Positions 55,460 through 64,000 of a DNA stretch of 64,000 nucleotides are shown here, one piece after another. Below the pieces are notes generated by a model. It did no database searches and was not told the origin of the DNA. It saw nothing but the letters and a program-made list of their open reading frames with translations. The stretch is from Candidatus Woesearchaeota archaeon (GTDB lineage: Archaea; Nanobdellota; Nanobdellia; Woesearchaeales; SM23-78). The translations under genes and the position numbers were made by a program. Numbering within the stretch: position 1 is the first letter of the stretch; each line of letters opens with the position of its first letter. The stretch lies in NCBI GenBank assembly GCA_016932315.1, contig JAFGDD010000008.1, positions 8,588 to 72,587 on the forward strand, in the 5' to 3' direction.

Positions 55460-55714
55460 ATGAGAACAGCAACAATAACAGACAAGGGGCAGATAGCCAT
55501 TCCAAAAGACATGAGAGAGATTAATGGCTTTGAAGAAGGCGACAAAGTGGCGATAATAACCTATAATGACCATATAGAGCTCAGGCCGTTAGATCAAGTC
55601 AGAAAAAAGCTTGACTTCACAAAGGAAGGAATCCAAACCGCAGTTTTAAGCGAAAAATCTTTAGCAAAGATTTGGCTTACAAAAGAAGAGGATGAAGCAT
55701 GGAAAAACCTTTGA
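55460..55714 (+). CDS. mazE: MazE/AbrB-type antitoxin
   Basis: MRTATITDKGQIAIPKDMREINGFEEGDKVAI is a SpoVT/AbrB swapped-hairpin motif. Overlaps mazF by 16 nt. Confidence 0.55.
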   Translation: MRTATITDKGQIAIPKDMREINGFEEGDKVAIITYNDHIELRPLDQVRKKLDFTKEGIQTAVLSEKSLAKIWLTKEEDEAWKNL

Positions 55715-56031
55715 AGGGCGAAGTGATTGTAATTCATTTCCCGTTTACTAATATGAGCGCATCCAAAAGAAGACCTGCTTTGGTGCTTGCTGATATACGA
55801 GGCGATGATGTAATCACTTGCCCAATCTCAAGCCAATCGAGAGGAGCGGATTACGCGATCTCTTTGGAAGATTCTGATTTTTCAAAAGGAAAATTGCCGC
55901 TTGCGAGCTTCATAAGGCCTAATGTGTTATTCACAGCCGATAAATCGCTGATTGAAAAGAAGGTAGGCGTATTAAAAAATAAGAAGACTGATGAAGTCAT
56001 TGAAGAAATCTGCAGGATGCTTAGGAAATAG
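55699..56031 (+). CDS. mazF: MazF/PemK-family endoribonuclease toxin
   Basis: GEVIVIHFPFTNMSASKRRPALVL and the downstream CPISSQ match MazF/PemK blocks. 110 aa. Confidence 0.7.
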   Translation: MEKPLKGEVIVIHFPFTNMSASKRRPALVLADIRGDDVITCPISSQSRGADYAISLEDSDFSKGKLPLASFIRPNVLFTADKSLIEKKVGVLKNKKTDEVIEEICRMLRK

Positions 56032-56176
56032 TTAAGAAATTCAGCTTAACCAGGCGATATACGTAATTCTTTCGTTCTCCACTGGACAACAAAAGCTGCT
56101 GCTTTTGAGCCCATTGGCTTCGCCACTGGACAACCGCTCGTAAGGTTTATAAGCTTGTATTCTCTTCTATAATATC

Positions 56177-57025
56177 ATGACAGAAAACGTTAATCATGAC
56201 AAAGCACTGGTTGTTTTCCAGGACAAAAAAATCAGAAGAGTTTGGCATAACAACGAATGGTTTTTCTCTGTTGTGGACGTTGTTCAGGCTTTGACAGAGA
56301 GTGCTGATGCTAAAGATTATTGGTACAGGCTCAAACAAAGAGAGGCAGAATCAAGCGGAATCGAGTTATCGACATTTTGTCGACAACTGAAATTACTAGC
56401 TTCTGATGGCAAACGTTATGAAACAGACTGCGCTAACACAAAGAGCATCTTCAGGATTATTCAGTCAATCCCATCACCCAAGGCTGAGCCTTTCAAATTA
56501 TGGCTTGCCAAAGTAGGCTATGAGCGTGTGCAGGAAATACAAGACCCTGAATTAGCTCAGAAGCGTATGAAAGAGCTTTACCGGGCAAAAGGATACTCTG
56601 ATGAATGGATTGAGAAGAGAGTCAGGGGTATCGCTATAAGGCAGGAGCTGACTGATGAGTGGAAGAACAGAGGCGTTGATGAGAATGTTGAGTTCGCGAT
56701 ATTAACCAATGATATTAGCAAGGCTACTTTTGGCAAGACTGTTGAGGAGTTCAAGCAATTCAAAGGTTTAAACAAGCAGAACTTAAGGGATCATATGAAT
56801 GATTTAGAATTAATATTTACTATGCTTGGTGAGAAAGTTACTTCAGAAATTACTCAAGCAAAAGACTCGCAAGGATTCAGGCAATGCCAGGATTCAGCAA
56901 AAAGAGGAGGAAGGGTTGCTGGAAAAGCTAGGAAAGAAGCTGAGAAAGAGATAGGCAAACCCATAACCGCGAAAGAAAACTTTCTTTCTGAGCCTGAAAA
57001 AGCCAAGAGAAAGAAGCTAAGGTGA
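56177..57025 (+). CDS. Bro-N domain protein (DinD / antirepressor-like)
   Basis: N-terminal IRRVWHNNEWFFSVVDVVQAL is Bro-N-like. The remainder resembles DinD-type proteins and has a basic C-terminal tail. Confidence 0.45.
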   Translation: MTENVNHDKALVVFQDKKIRRVWHNNEWFFSVVDVVQALTESADAKDYWYRLKQREAESSGIELSTFCRQLKLLASDGKRYETDCANTKSIFRIIQSIPSPKAEPFKLWLAKVGYERVQEIQDPELAQKRMKELYRAKGYSDEWIEKRVRGIAIRQELTDEWKNRGVDENVEFAILTNDISKATFGKTVEEFKQFKGLNKQNLRDHMNDLELIFTMLGEKVTSEITQAKDSQGFRQCQDSAKRGGRVAGKARKEAEKEIGKPITAKENFLSEPEKAKRKKLR

Positions 57026-57042
57026 AAACTTTATTATATTAA

Positions 57043-57071
57043 TCATTTATATAATGCTACTAAGAACTTTC
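57043..57071. repeat. 29-nt repeat tcatttatataatgctactaagaa(c)tttc (copy 2)
   Basis: Matches 55226-55254 with one mismatch. Confidence 0.7.
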
Positions 57072-57095
57072 ATAGCCTTTCCGGGAAATTAAGAA

Positions 57096-57815
57096 TTAGT
57101 TCATATATCCATTATCTTTCAAGAATTTGAATGCCAATTTTCTTAATTCTTTGAGCTCATAGAGTGTGTGCGCGTCGCTATTAACATAAATCTGGTCTGA
57201 ATGGTCAAGCATTAATTTTATCGCATCAATGGTTTTCTTCTTAACATCTTCCTCTCTTCTCTTAGTATTCGAGCTTATGAACAAGTACTTAGCATTCAGC
57301 TCCAAAGGTATATTGTACTTGTTAGCCAGCTCAACAATTCGGACAATATCAAGGTCTACTCCGTCAAGAATAGAAATATAAAGATGCCCTATAATGTTAA
57401 TCTTGTCATGATGCTTCTCAATAGCATTGATGAAAGCCTGGGTAAGCTTGCTCATATCGCCAGTGTAAACTCTTTTATGGTATGAAAGAATAACAAAGTC
57501 AGACTTCTTGTTATCAATCTCATCGCAAATATCCCCTGCTTCATTCAACAAGTCAGCTTCTACGCCAAAAACCACTTCCACCTTGTTATGAACATTCTGC
57601 CACCTGTTATCACTGACAATAGTCCTGAAAGTCTTGGGAGGAAGACCTTCTGCCTTCATAGCTGCCTGGGAATGGTCTGCAAACACCAGCTTCTTCATCC
57701 CAAGCTTGCCTGCAAATATTACCATCTCATCAATTGTGTTAAAGCCGTCTGAAAATATCAGTGAGTGAACATGATAATCCTCTTTCTCAGTGTTAAGTAT
57801 CTTTATCTTCTTCAC
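57096..57815 (-). CDS. PHP-domain phosphoesterase (second paralog in window)
   Basis: N-terminal EDYHVHSLIFSDG His cluster. Later His/Asp (FADHS, IGHLY, NSDAH). Confidence 0.55.
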   Translation of the reverse strand: MKKIKILNTEKEDYHVHSLIFSDGFNTIDEMVIFAGKLGMKKLVFADHSQAAMKAEGLPPKTFRTIVSDNRWQNVHNKVEVVFGVEADLLNEAGDICDEIDNKKSDFVILSYHKRVYTGDMSKLTQAFINAIEKHHDKINIIGHLYISILDGVDLDIVRIVELANKYNIPLELNAKYLFISSNTKRREEDVKKKTIDAIKLMLDHSDQIYVNSDAHTLYELKELRKLAFKFLKDNGYMN

Positions 57816-58502
57816 CTAAAACCCTCTCTCTTCCCTCTTAGCCTTTCTTCTCAAGTCCTCAAGCCACTTGTAAACTGTGGAGTGCATGCTGCCCTTAATC
57901 AACAGCTCAACAGCTCTTTTAGCATTAGAAACAGGGCCTGCTTCGCCAATAATGCCTATAGTCTTGCCATAAACGCAAATCTGGCTGCCAGTTAATTCCT
58001 CGATCACCCTGCGAGCCTTGCCACCAGTTCCTATCACCCTTGCTCTTACTCTTCTGAGTTTGTTAGGATTATCCAAGCCATAATCCTTAAGATTGATAAT
58101 CTCGAGCATGTAATCAGGCTTCATTAAGAGCTGGGCAGTCTCAGGGCTGAAACCCCTGCTGATAGCCTGGATTACTTCCTTAAGCTCAAAAAGCTTGATA
58201 GCATCCTTGCCAAAAATAATAACGTCGCCCTCTGTGGAGTCAACATGAATCTTGGCATGAGCCCATTCCTCCAAATCCTTCTTGTCCTTGCCCTTAACGC
58301 CGATAAGCACAGCAATCCTGTCCTTAGGAATCTTGATAGTATAAGAATATTCACTGCTGTTACTGATAACAACGCTTTCCTTGCTTATCCTGGGCTTGAC
58401 AGAAGAGCTCATGTCATCATCTTCTAATCCGTCATGAGACTCAAAACTATCCTGCTCAGCCAATTCTCCCTCCTGCTTCTTCCTAGCCTTCTTAACAGCC
58501 AT
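57816..58502 (-). CDS. KH-domain RNA-binding protein, archaeal Dim2/Pno1-like, with acidic N-terminal extension
   Basis: Two KH-like GxxG regions (IGVKGKDKK and IGTGGKARRVIEELTG). Acidic ~60-aa N-terminus. Confidence 0.6.
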   Translation of the reverse strand: MAVKKARKKQEGELAEQDSFESHDGLEDDDMSSSVKPRISKESVVISNSSEYSYTIKIPKDRIAVLIGVKGKDKKDLEEWAHAKIHVDSTEGDVIIFGKDAIKLFELKEVIQAISRGFSPETAQLLMKPDYMLEIINLKDYGLDNPNKLRRVRARVIGTGGKARRVIEELTGSQICVYGKTIGIIGEAGPVSNAKRAVELLIKGSMHSTVYKWLEDLRRKAKREERGF

Positions 58503-58601
58503 AATGCTCCGGAGAAAAAGAGTTTTTATAAATGTTTGGTAAATTTAATCACGCTATCATTTTCAATAAATTTATTAACTAAAGCTTTAAAAAATGAAAT
58601 T

Positions 58602-59183
58602 ATGAGGCTCATATTAACAAGGCACGGGGAGACAGAGGAGAATAAGAAAGATATTTCTCAAGGGCATATTCCTGGAAAGCTGTCTGCAGATGGCAAAAAG
58701 CAGGCAGAGAAAGTCGCTCTCAGGCTTAAGAATGAAAAGCTTGACTGTATCTACTCCAGCGACTTAGCCAGGGCAATTGATACTGCAAGATTCATTGCAA
58801 AACACCACAAGAAAACGCCTTTAATCATTACAAAGGATTTGCGGGAAACTGATTTAAGGAAATGGTCTGGCAAAGTAATACCTTTTGACATAAGAACAGA
58901 AGCGAATCGGAAACGTTTCTATGGTCAAATTGAGAGCAGGGCGAGCATGCGGCGCAGAGCAAAAAAGGCTCTTGACAAGGCTTACAAAAAATATCCTGAT
59001 GGCTGCGTATTATTCGTAGGGCACGCAGGCATAAACAAGGCATTGATAAGCGTGATTATGAAAAAACCGGTTTCTTTCATGAGCAAGTTAAAGCAGCACA
59101 ACACAGCAGTCAATATTTTTGAGATAAGAGAGGATGGCAAGCACAAAATCCATTTATTGAACTGCAAGAAGCATCTTGAATAA
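58602..59183 (+). CDS. Histidine phosphatase superfamily (phosphoglycerate-mutase-like) protein
   Basis: RHG motif in MRLILTRHGETEEN and the catalytic His region FVGHAG. Start moved to MRLILT. Confidence 0.7.
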   Translation: MRLILTRHGETEENKKDISQGHIPGKLSADGKKQAEKVALRLKNEKLDCIYSSDLARAIDTARFIAKHHKKTPLIITKDLRETDLRKWSGKVIPFDIRTEANRKRFYGQIESRASMRRRAKKALDKAYKKYPDGCVLFVGHAGINKALISVIMKKPVSFMSKLKQHNTAVNIFEIREDGKHKIHLLNCKKHLE

Positions 59184-59221
59184 AATAATTTTATGTGATC
59201 TTGTGATCTTATCAGGTTCTT

Positions 59222-59794
59222 TTATTCCAAAAGCATCATTGCAGCTTCATATTTTGGCTTGATTATCTTTTGGGCTTCAGGCATTAGCTTGTTCCATGAA
59301 CGCTGAAGCTTACTCTTCACCCATTCCTTTGCTGAATCCAAATCCTTCTTCTTCACCACCAAGGCTACAAAAAACAAGCCATTGATAAAATCAAAATGAG
59401 CCATGGCGTCTGCGCTTGCAACGCATTGCGCTTCAAGTGTTTCTCTTTTGCCTTGAGAGCTTCCTCGGTGCATGAGTATGCAGTATTTTATTTTTGCAAT
59501 TTTTTCAGCAGGACAACCTAATTCTTTAAGGTATTTCTCAGCATATTCAGCCCCAATTTTCTCGTGTATTTCAGGATCGCCTTTAAGCCTGCCTATGTCG
59601 TGAAGCCAGGCTGAGATTTCCACAATTTCCTCATCTGCTCCTGTCAATTTAGCCAGTTCTTTAGCATACTTTACTACAGGAACGATATGGTGCGAGAAGT
59701 CTGAATCACCAAAGCTTGATCCTTTTTGCGAAGCGCAAGCTTCTTCAACATGAGCCTTGATTCGAACAATAAAGTTATTAGATTTTCTTTTCAT
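59222..59794 (-). CDS. HD-domain phosphohydrolase
   Basis: HD metal-ligand pattern (H..H...LHDIGR...H...D). Confidence 0.6.
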   Translation of the reverse strand: MKRKSNNFIVRIKAHVEEACASQKGSSFGDSDFSHHIVPVVKYAKELAKLTGADEEIVEISAWLHDIGRLKGDPEIHEKIGAEYAEKYLKELGCPAEKIAKIKYCILMHRGSSQGKRETLEAQCVASADAMAHFDFINGLFFVALVVKKKDLDSAKEWVKSKLQRSWNKLMPEAQKIIKPKYEAAMMLLE

Positions 59795-60495
59795 TTTTTA
59801 ATCATCTCTGCCAGTACTTCCTTCTCAACAGCCTTTACTCCTAGCTTCTTGAAGAACTTCACTATGTTTATAATGTCCCTCTCAAGAAATTCCCTAGCTT
59901 GCGGGTGCTCTATAGTGGTTGCCTGGCTTAAGTCAATGAAAACAGGCTCTTCCTCAAAATTAAGAATATTAAATTCAGAAAGGTCAGCATGAACTAATCC
60001 TATACCATACAATGACTTGATGCTCTTTATGGTTCTGTCATAGAATTCTTTTGGGTTCTTGGGCTTTGCATCCTTTAATTTAGGCGCTAATTCTCCATCC
60101 CTGCCTATGAATTCCATAACCAAGATATTATCCTTGACAGCTATTGGCTTCGGAACCCTGATTACTTCCCTGGCTTTCAGCAGGTTGCGGTACTCCCTCT
60201 GGACCCATGAAAATATCACCAATCTTCTCCTTTTCTTCAATCCCTGAAACCTAGGGTCAGGCGCAATATACCTATACATCTGGTTGAAGTTGCAGTTCTC
60301 AAGACGATAAATCTTGACAATAACAGTATCCTCGCCCTTGCTAGCAGTGAAGATATTAGCTTCTTTTCCCAGGGCTATCGGGCTTTGCAGTTCATCAAAG
60401 TGCCCTTCGCTCCTTAATTTCTCAAGATTCAAGAGAGCCCACTGGTCGAATACGTTCTTATAAGTCTTCCATTCCTCACGGGATGAGCGTGGCAT
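59791..60495 (-). CDS. RIO-type serine kinase (Rio1-like, no N-terminal wHTH)
   Basis: GKEANIF P-loop-like, catalytic LVHADLSEFNIL and metal-binding IDLSQA. Confidence 0.85.
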   Translation of the reverse strand: MPRSSREEWKTYKNVFDQWALLNLEKLRSEGHFDELQSPIALGKEANIFTASKGEDTVIVKIYRLENCNFNQMYRYIAPDPRFQGLKKRRRLVIFSWVQREYRNLLKAREVIRVPKPIAVKDNILVMEFIGRDGELAPKLKDAKPKNPKEFYDRTIKSIKSLYGIGLVHADLSEFNILNFEEEPVFIDLSQATTIEHPQAREFLERDIINIVKFFKKLGVKAVEKEVLAEMIKK

Positions 60496-60534
60496 GAGAT
60501 TATAGAATAAATTAATGGTTTAAAAAATGTTGTG

Positions 60535-61257
60535 TTATTTTGATTTCCCCCACAACTCATCCCACATCTTGTGGTATTGCTCTGCTATTTCCTTTGAACT
60601 TATCAATATGGAAACTGGCTTTTCAGATAGTGACATCATCAGGATTTTATCGCCGAATATATTCATGGCAGGAGGTATTTTCTGCTCTGTAAATCTTACA
60701 GAAGACGCTTTGTAGTCTTTTAGGCGACCTTTGCTCTTTTTCTCTGCAATTCCATGAACTATTATTCTTTTCTCTTTTTTCAGCTTGTCAACTTTTGCAA
60801 AGAATTTCAAGGCTTCATCAGATAGCAGAGTTTCTTCTGCTGCGAAGAATTTGTAAATTTCTCCTGATTTGCCTGCCTCTATCATCTCGAGCGTTGCTGT
60901 GAACAATCCTTTCCATCCTTCATATACTTCTGCAAAAACAGGATTCAGTATAGCAGTTATCCCGAGAGTTTTAAGCTCTGGAAGCACAGCATGAAATTCC
61001 TGCCTTTGTGCTTCAATATATTTCTCAATAAGCTCTGGCTCTGCTGCGAGGTAATGCTTAATCTTGCCTTCGAGTATGTGCTTTACAAAGCCTTTCTCTG
61101 TAAGAGTATTCAAGGCGTTGTGGACAACAGAGCTCTGCAATCCGGTTAGTTTGATTATTCTGCCTGACTTAGTTCTGCCCAGCTTTAGGAGCGCTAAGTA
61201 AACTATTGCCTCTGACTTTGAGAATCCTATCTGCTCAAGTACGTCGTTGTGCTTCAC
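60535..61257 (-). CDS. TrmB-family transcriptional regulator (second paralog)
   Basis: N-terminal wHTH IGFSKSEAIVYLALLKLGRTKSGRIIKLTGLQSSVVHNALNTLTEKGFV. Confidence 0.75.
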   Translation of the reverse strand: MKHNDVLEQIGFSKSEAIVYLALLKLGRTKSGRIIKLTGLQSSVVHNALNTLTEKGFVKHILEGKIKHYLAAEPELIEKYIEAQRQEFHAVLPELKTLGITAILNPVFAEVYEGWKGLFTATLEMIEAGKSGEIYKFFAAEETLLSDEALKFFAKVDKLKKEKRIIVHGIAEKKSKGRLKDYKASSVRFTEQKIPPAMNIFGDKILMMSLSEKPVSILISSKEIAEQYHKMWDELWGKSK

Positions 61258-61376
61258 AAGATAATGCTAGGTTTCGTGCTATTTAAATCTTTCTAATTAC
61301 TCACCAAAAAAGGTGAGTTATTATTTATATACTGAAGAATATATTACTCAAAAATAGCAAAAATGGAGGGGTCAAA

Positions 61377-61703
61377 ATGAAGGCAACAAAATTCATTCCG
61401 TTTGTAGAATGCGATTATATTGAGGGATGTAAAAGAAAAGCTGTGTGGAGTGTAATAGGTCTGTTGACAGGAGCCGCAGGATTCATGTATCTTTTTTCCA
61501 AAGCCTCAGAACCGCTTAAATTTGATCCTGCTTATGTTAACCCGCAAACATCAAGCATGCGATTAAATCAGAATGATATAAACAAAGACGGCCTCGGCGA
61601 GCCCATATTAGAGTGGAGAGGTAACGATGGCCGATGGTATCAAGTAGATTTAACCTATTCAAACCTTGAGAGAATTGCAAAAAAACATGAAAGAATAAAG
61701 TAA
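61377..61703 (+). CDS. Hypothetical small membrane-anchored protein
   Basis: One hydrophobic helix (AVWSVIGLLTGAAGFMYLF), then a short hydrophilic domain. Confidence 0.3.
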   Translation: MKATKFIPFVECDYIEGCKRKAVWSVIGLLTGAAGFMYLFSKASEPLKFDPAYVNPQTSSMRLNQNDINKDGLGEPILEWRGNDGRWYQVDLTYSNLERIAKKHERIK

Positions 61704-61751
61704 AATAAAAAATCTAAAATAATTTATTGCGCCTCAGTCGGCGGCGGGCCT

Positions 61752-63032
61752 TTACAAGTCATCACTTATTAATATGTTGACTCTGCCCTGGCTCTTGAGT
61801 TTTGTGTCCATTGCTACCAGGAAGCTTACGTTAGCTCTTTCTGCTATTACCAGAAGGTCCTTGTCAACTACTCCGTCGAATATTACTGCGTATACTCCTG
61901 AGCGTAAGCTCTTGATTGTTCCTTGAAGCTCTGATAATGGAACTTTTCCTAATATAGTTAATTTCTCGTCAAGCAAGTAAGCTCCTCTTGTTCCAATTAA
62001 GTCCTCAAGCATCTCCTCAAACACTTCCTTCTCGTGAGGCGTTGGCTCTTTTGGCTTGCCTCCAGGCATTGGTGCCTGCATTTGAGGTGGCTGCATTGGC
62101 CTTGGTGCTTGCTGCTGCTGAGGCATGGGTCTCCTGTCGCGGTTGTCCCTGTAATCCCTGCTCGGCTGAGGCCTTCTTTCCTCTATCCTCATGCTGTCTG
62201 AGGGCATTTCTGTCTTTGCCTGCTCAAAAGCAACCCTGGCTCTTAATGCCTTGTGGATTTCCTTCTTTGTAAGCTCTTCTACTTCTTTGCCGTCTGGCGC
62301 CTTGGTCACAAAGTCTATCTCTGCGACTCCGCCCAGCTCCTTGATTATCAAGTCTCCGCCTCTGTCGCCATCTACAAAAATTGTCAGTGTCTTCTTCTTG
62401 CTCAAGTCAATAATGGTTTCTGGCACGCTGGTGCCGTTCATTGCAATAACATTCTTGAAGCCTTGCTTTAAGAGGTTGAGAACATCAGCTCTTCCTTCGA
62501 CAACAATTACTTCGTCGCTCTCATCCACTGCTGGTCCTGCCGGTAATCTGTCCTTGCCGTATTCCTGGATTTCCATCACTCTCACAGCATAAGATACTTC
62601 GTCTGCGAGTTCCTGGCTGTCAGGCATGGTGGCTTCAATAAGGTTCTTTAATAGCTCCTTTGCCCTGTCAATCACAAACTGCCTCTTAGAAACCCTTACA
62701 TCCTCAATATTCACAACTTTTATCTTTGCATTGCAAGGTCCTATTCGCTGGATTACTTCAAGGCTTGCAGCCACAATGCTGGTCTCTGCCTTGTCCAAAG
62801 AACTTGGTATTATGATGACGCCTGCTGATTTTCCGCTCTTGATGTCAACATTAACCTCTATCCTTCCTATTCTTCCGCTTCTCTGCAATTCCCTTAATTC
62901 CAGGTCTGCTCCTAGCAAGCCTTCTGTCTGCCCGAAAATAGCTCCTATCACATCAGGCCTGTCTACGACGCCGTCAATCTGGATCTCTGCATGCACTATG
63001 TATTTTGCTGATACTTGCGCTATCTTTGCCAT
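61752..63032 (-). CDS. dnaG: Archaeal DnaG primase (Toprim) with P/Q-rich low-complexity insert
   Basis: N-terminal [41 protein letters not shown] is the archaeal DnaG signature. Toprim region [21 protein letters not shown]. Insert [25 protein letters not shown]. Confidence 0.85.
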   Translation of the reverse strand: MAKIAQVSAKYIVHAEIQIDGVVDRPDVIGAIFGQTEGLLGADLELRELQRSGRIGRIEVNVDIKSGKSAGVIIIPSSLDKAETSIVAASLEVIQRIGPCNAKIKVVNIEDVRVSKRQFVIDRAKELLKNLIEATMPDSQELADEVSYAVRVMEIQEYGKDRLPAGPAVDESDEVIVVEGRADVLNLLKQGFKNVIAMNGTSVPETIIDLSKKKTLTIFVDGDRGGDLIIKELGGVAEIDFVTKAPDGKEVEELTKKEIHKALRARVAFEQAKTEMPSDSMRIEERRPQPSRDYRDNRDRRPMPQQQQAPRPMQPPQMQAPMPGGKPKEPTPHEKEVFEEMLEDLIGTRGAYLLDEKLTILGKVPLSELQGTIKSLRSGVYAVIFDGVVDKDLLVIAERANVSFLVAMDTKLKSQGRVNILISDDL

Positions 63033-63053
63033 TGTTTTTCACCTTTAGTTTTG

Positions 63054-63260
63054 CAAAAAAATCGCCGCAGCCTGTGCTCAGAAGTGCGCTTCTGGCACCT
63101 CAAAAGCAAAGCTTTTGTTGGCAGCAAGTGCGACGAAGTTCACAATGTGAACGAGTTGCACGCTGGCTGCTTTGACTGGGGTTGCGCCCCATGGGCTGTT
63201 GCTAGATCAAGCCTAGCAACTCCAAAAGTTTACTTTTGGCTGTCAAAGGCGATTTTTTCC
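63054..63260. mobile_element. MITE-like element, family A (TIR caaaaaaatcgccgcagcc / ggcgattttttcc), 21 bp upstream of the dnaG start codon
   Basis: Shares gtcgccgcagcctg with the 43903 copy. Shares ctttgactggggttgcgcccc...ggctgtcaaaggcg with the 10102 copy (opposite orientation). Confidence 0.55.
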
Positions 63261-63818
63261 TTTTGATTATGTTTTTTCAGAAAGAGCTATCTGTATCATC
63301 GGCTAGTACAAAGTTCAAATATTTTGAGTATTCGTTAACAATATTTGTGAACATGGTATAATAGCAAATGATTTTTTGCTCTTTCCTCTTTAGAACAAGC
63401 ACTTGATTCTTTTCGTTTACCCTGGGCTTTTTGCTTTTCAAAATAAAAAAGTCTTTCTTATGCCCAAAATATTTTGATAATAAATGATGTGAGTATGATG
63501 AAAAGGCTTTTGCGCCTGTTCTTGTCTTCTTTCGTTGTCTTTTTCTGCTAAAAAAATTTCCTTTAACTTATCTTTGAATATTATAAGCTAATTGTAGCCC
63601 AACACTAACTCACAATGCTCACAGCCAAGAGCTATGCGCTCAGGCTCGCATGAGCAACTCTGTGCCGGGCCTGGAAAAGAGTAGTATAAGGGGGTTTTTA
63701 AATGTTTGGGTTTTGGAGTTATCGACGTAAAATAATGTTCATGACTTTCAAAATAGTTACTTCTAAGTTATTAAAAAATGAAAGGGTAATGATATTAAAA
63801 AATAAAAATTTTCGCGAT

Positions 63819-64000
63819 TTAAGCAGTGCATCCTGTAATCTGCGACAGCTGTTGCGTCGTTTGTATTCCCATGACTTTCTCGTTATTGATTATCCAAGTA
63901 GGATAAGCTAGTATGCCTGCTTCCTTGCAGATGCTGGCCTGAGCTCGGTAGTCTCCCTGCACCCCGCACTCAATATAATTAATCTTTGCCATGTCTGCTC
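63819..64000 (-). CDS. Partial CDS (C-terminal end only; gene start lies beyond the window), possibly thioredoxin-fold
   Basis: Minus-strand frame reads ...MAKINYIECGVQGDYRAQASICKEAGILAYPTWIINNEKVMGIQTTQQLSQITGCTA then stop. AYPTWIIN resembles the thioredoxin cis-Pro region. Very tentative. Confidence 0.2.
   Translation of the reverse strand, partial: ADMAKINYIECGVQGDYRAQASICKEAGILAYPTWIINNEKVMGIQTTQQLSQITGCTA

Noticed and set aside
61988-63048. Plus-strand ORFs of 94-140 aa antisense to dnaG
   Set aside because: Ser/Leu/Ala-rich shadows of the DnaG coding frame, including its P/Q-rich insert. They lack start-context or motif support.
1-64000. CRISPR array, cas operon, integrase/transposase or rRNA genes
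   Set aside because: I looked for regularly spaced direct repeats with unique spacers and found none. The only recurring short sequences are TIR elements and the 30/29-nt cassette repeats. No integrase, transposase, Cas1/Cas2 or rRNA-like sequence was recognised. The solitary Cas4-like nuclease at 32129-33370 has no array nearby.

Overview
AT-rich (by eye under 40% GC), gene-dense chromosomal segment whose housekeeping genes are archaeal. I infer a small-genome, DPANN-like archaeon from the short Nop5, the compact genes and the TA-rich accessory content.

Recognisable archaeal core genes are fibrillarin, a Nop-domain protein, aRF1 (NIKS and GGQ motifs), aIF5A (hypusine loop), topoisomerase VI B and A, archaeal DnaG, a RIO kinase, a Dim2-like KH protein, L40e, and an intron-containing tRNA-Asn(GUU). 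Further housekeeping genes are CysRS, PRPP synthetase, CTP synthase, glutamine synthetase next to a divergent Lrp regulator, CorA, TtuA-like and ThiI-like PP-loop enzymes, a SpoU methyltransferase and an S2P protease.

Three things stand out.

1. 10248-15618 is a compact co-directional cluster. It holds a KamA-family radical-SAM aminomutase fused in-frame to a Ddl-like ATP-grasp ligase, two more tandem Ddl-like ATP-grasp paralogs, and an EgtD-like N-methyltransferase. I read this as a ribosome-independent pathway for an N-methylated beta-amino-acid (beta-lysine-type) oligopeptide or compatible solute.

2. 48.0-57.1 kb is an accessory island. It packs a DUF4258/DUF2283 pair, two tandem wHTH-nucleotidyltransferase/HEPN modules with an identical BRE-TATA, a RHH-PIN pair, MazEF and a Bro-N/DinD-like gene. 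It also holds an overlapping two-gene module (MazG-like NTP pyrophosphohydrolase followed by a PD-(D/E)xK-nuclease plus DUF2075/Schlafen-like P-loop ATPase) that looks like an undescribed defence pair. The toxin-antitoxin modules sit in two tandem units delimited by recurring 30-nt and 29-nt sequences, with a repeated CACTGGACA motif.

3. At least two families of short terminal-inverted-repeat elements (MITE-like, roughly 80-400 bp) litter the intergenic space, with ten copies seen. Two of them sit immediately upstream of dnaG and of the kamA-fusion gene.

Also notable:
- A Hel308-type helicase ORF (3637-5235) lacks its entire N-terminal RecA1 domain.
- Nop5 lacks the fibrillarin-binding N-terminal domain and is separated from fibrillarin by a small membrane-protein gene.
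- A Tat-signal L,D-transpeptidase is present.
- A 280-bp poly-A-rich spacer lies inside the biosynthetic cluster.

No rRNA, CRISPR array, integrase or transposase was seen.
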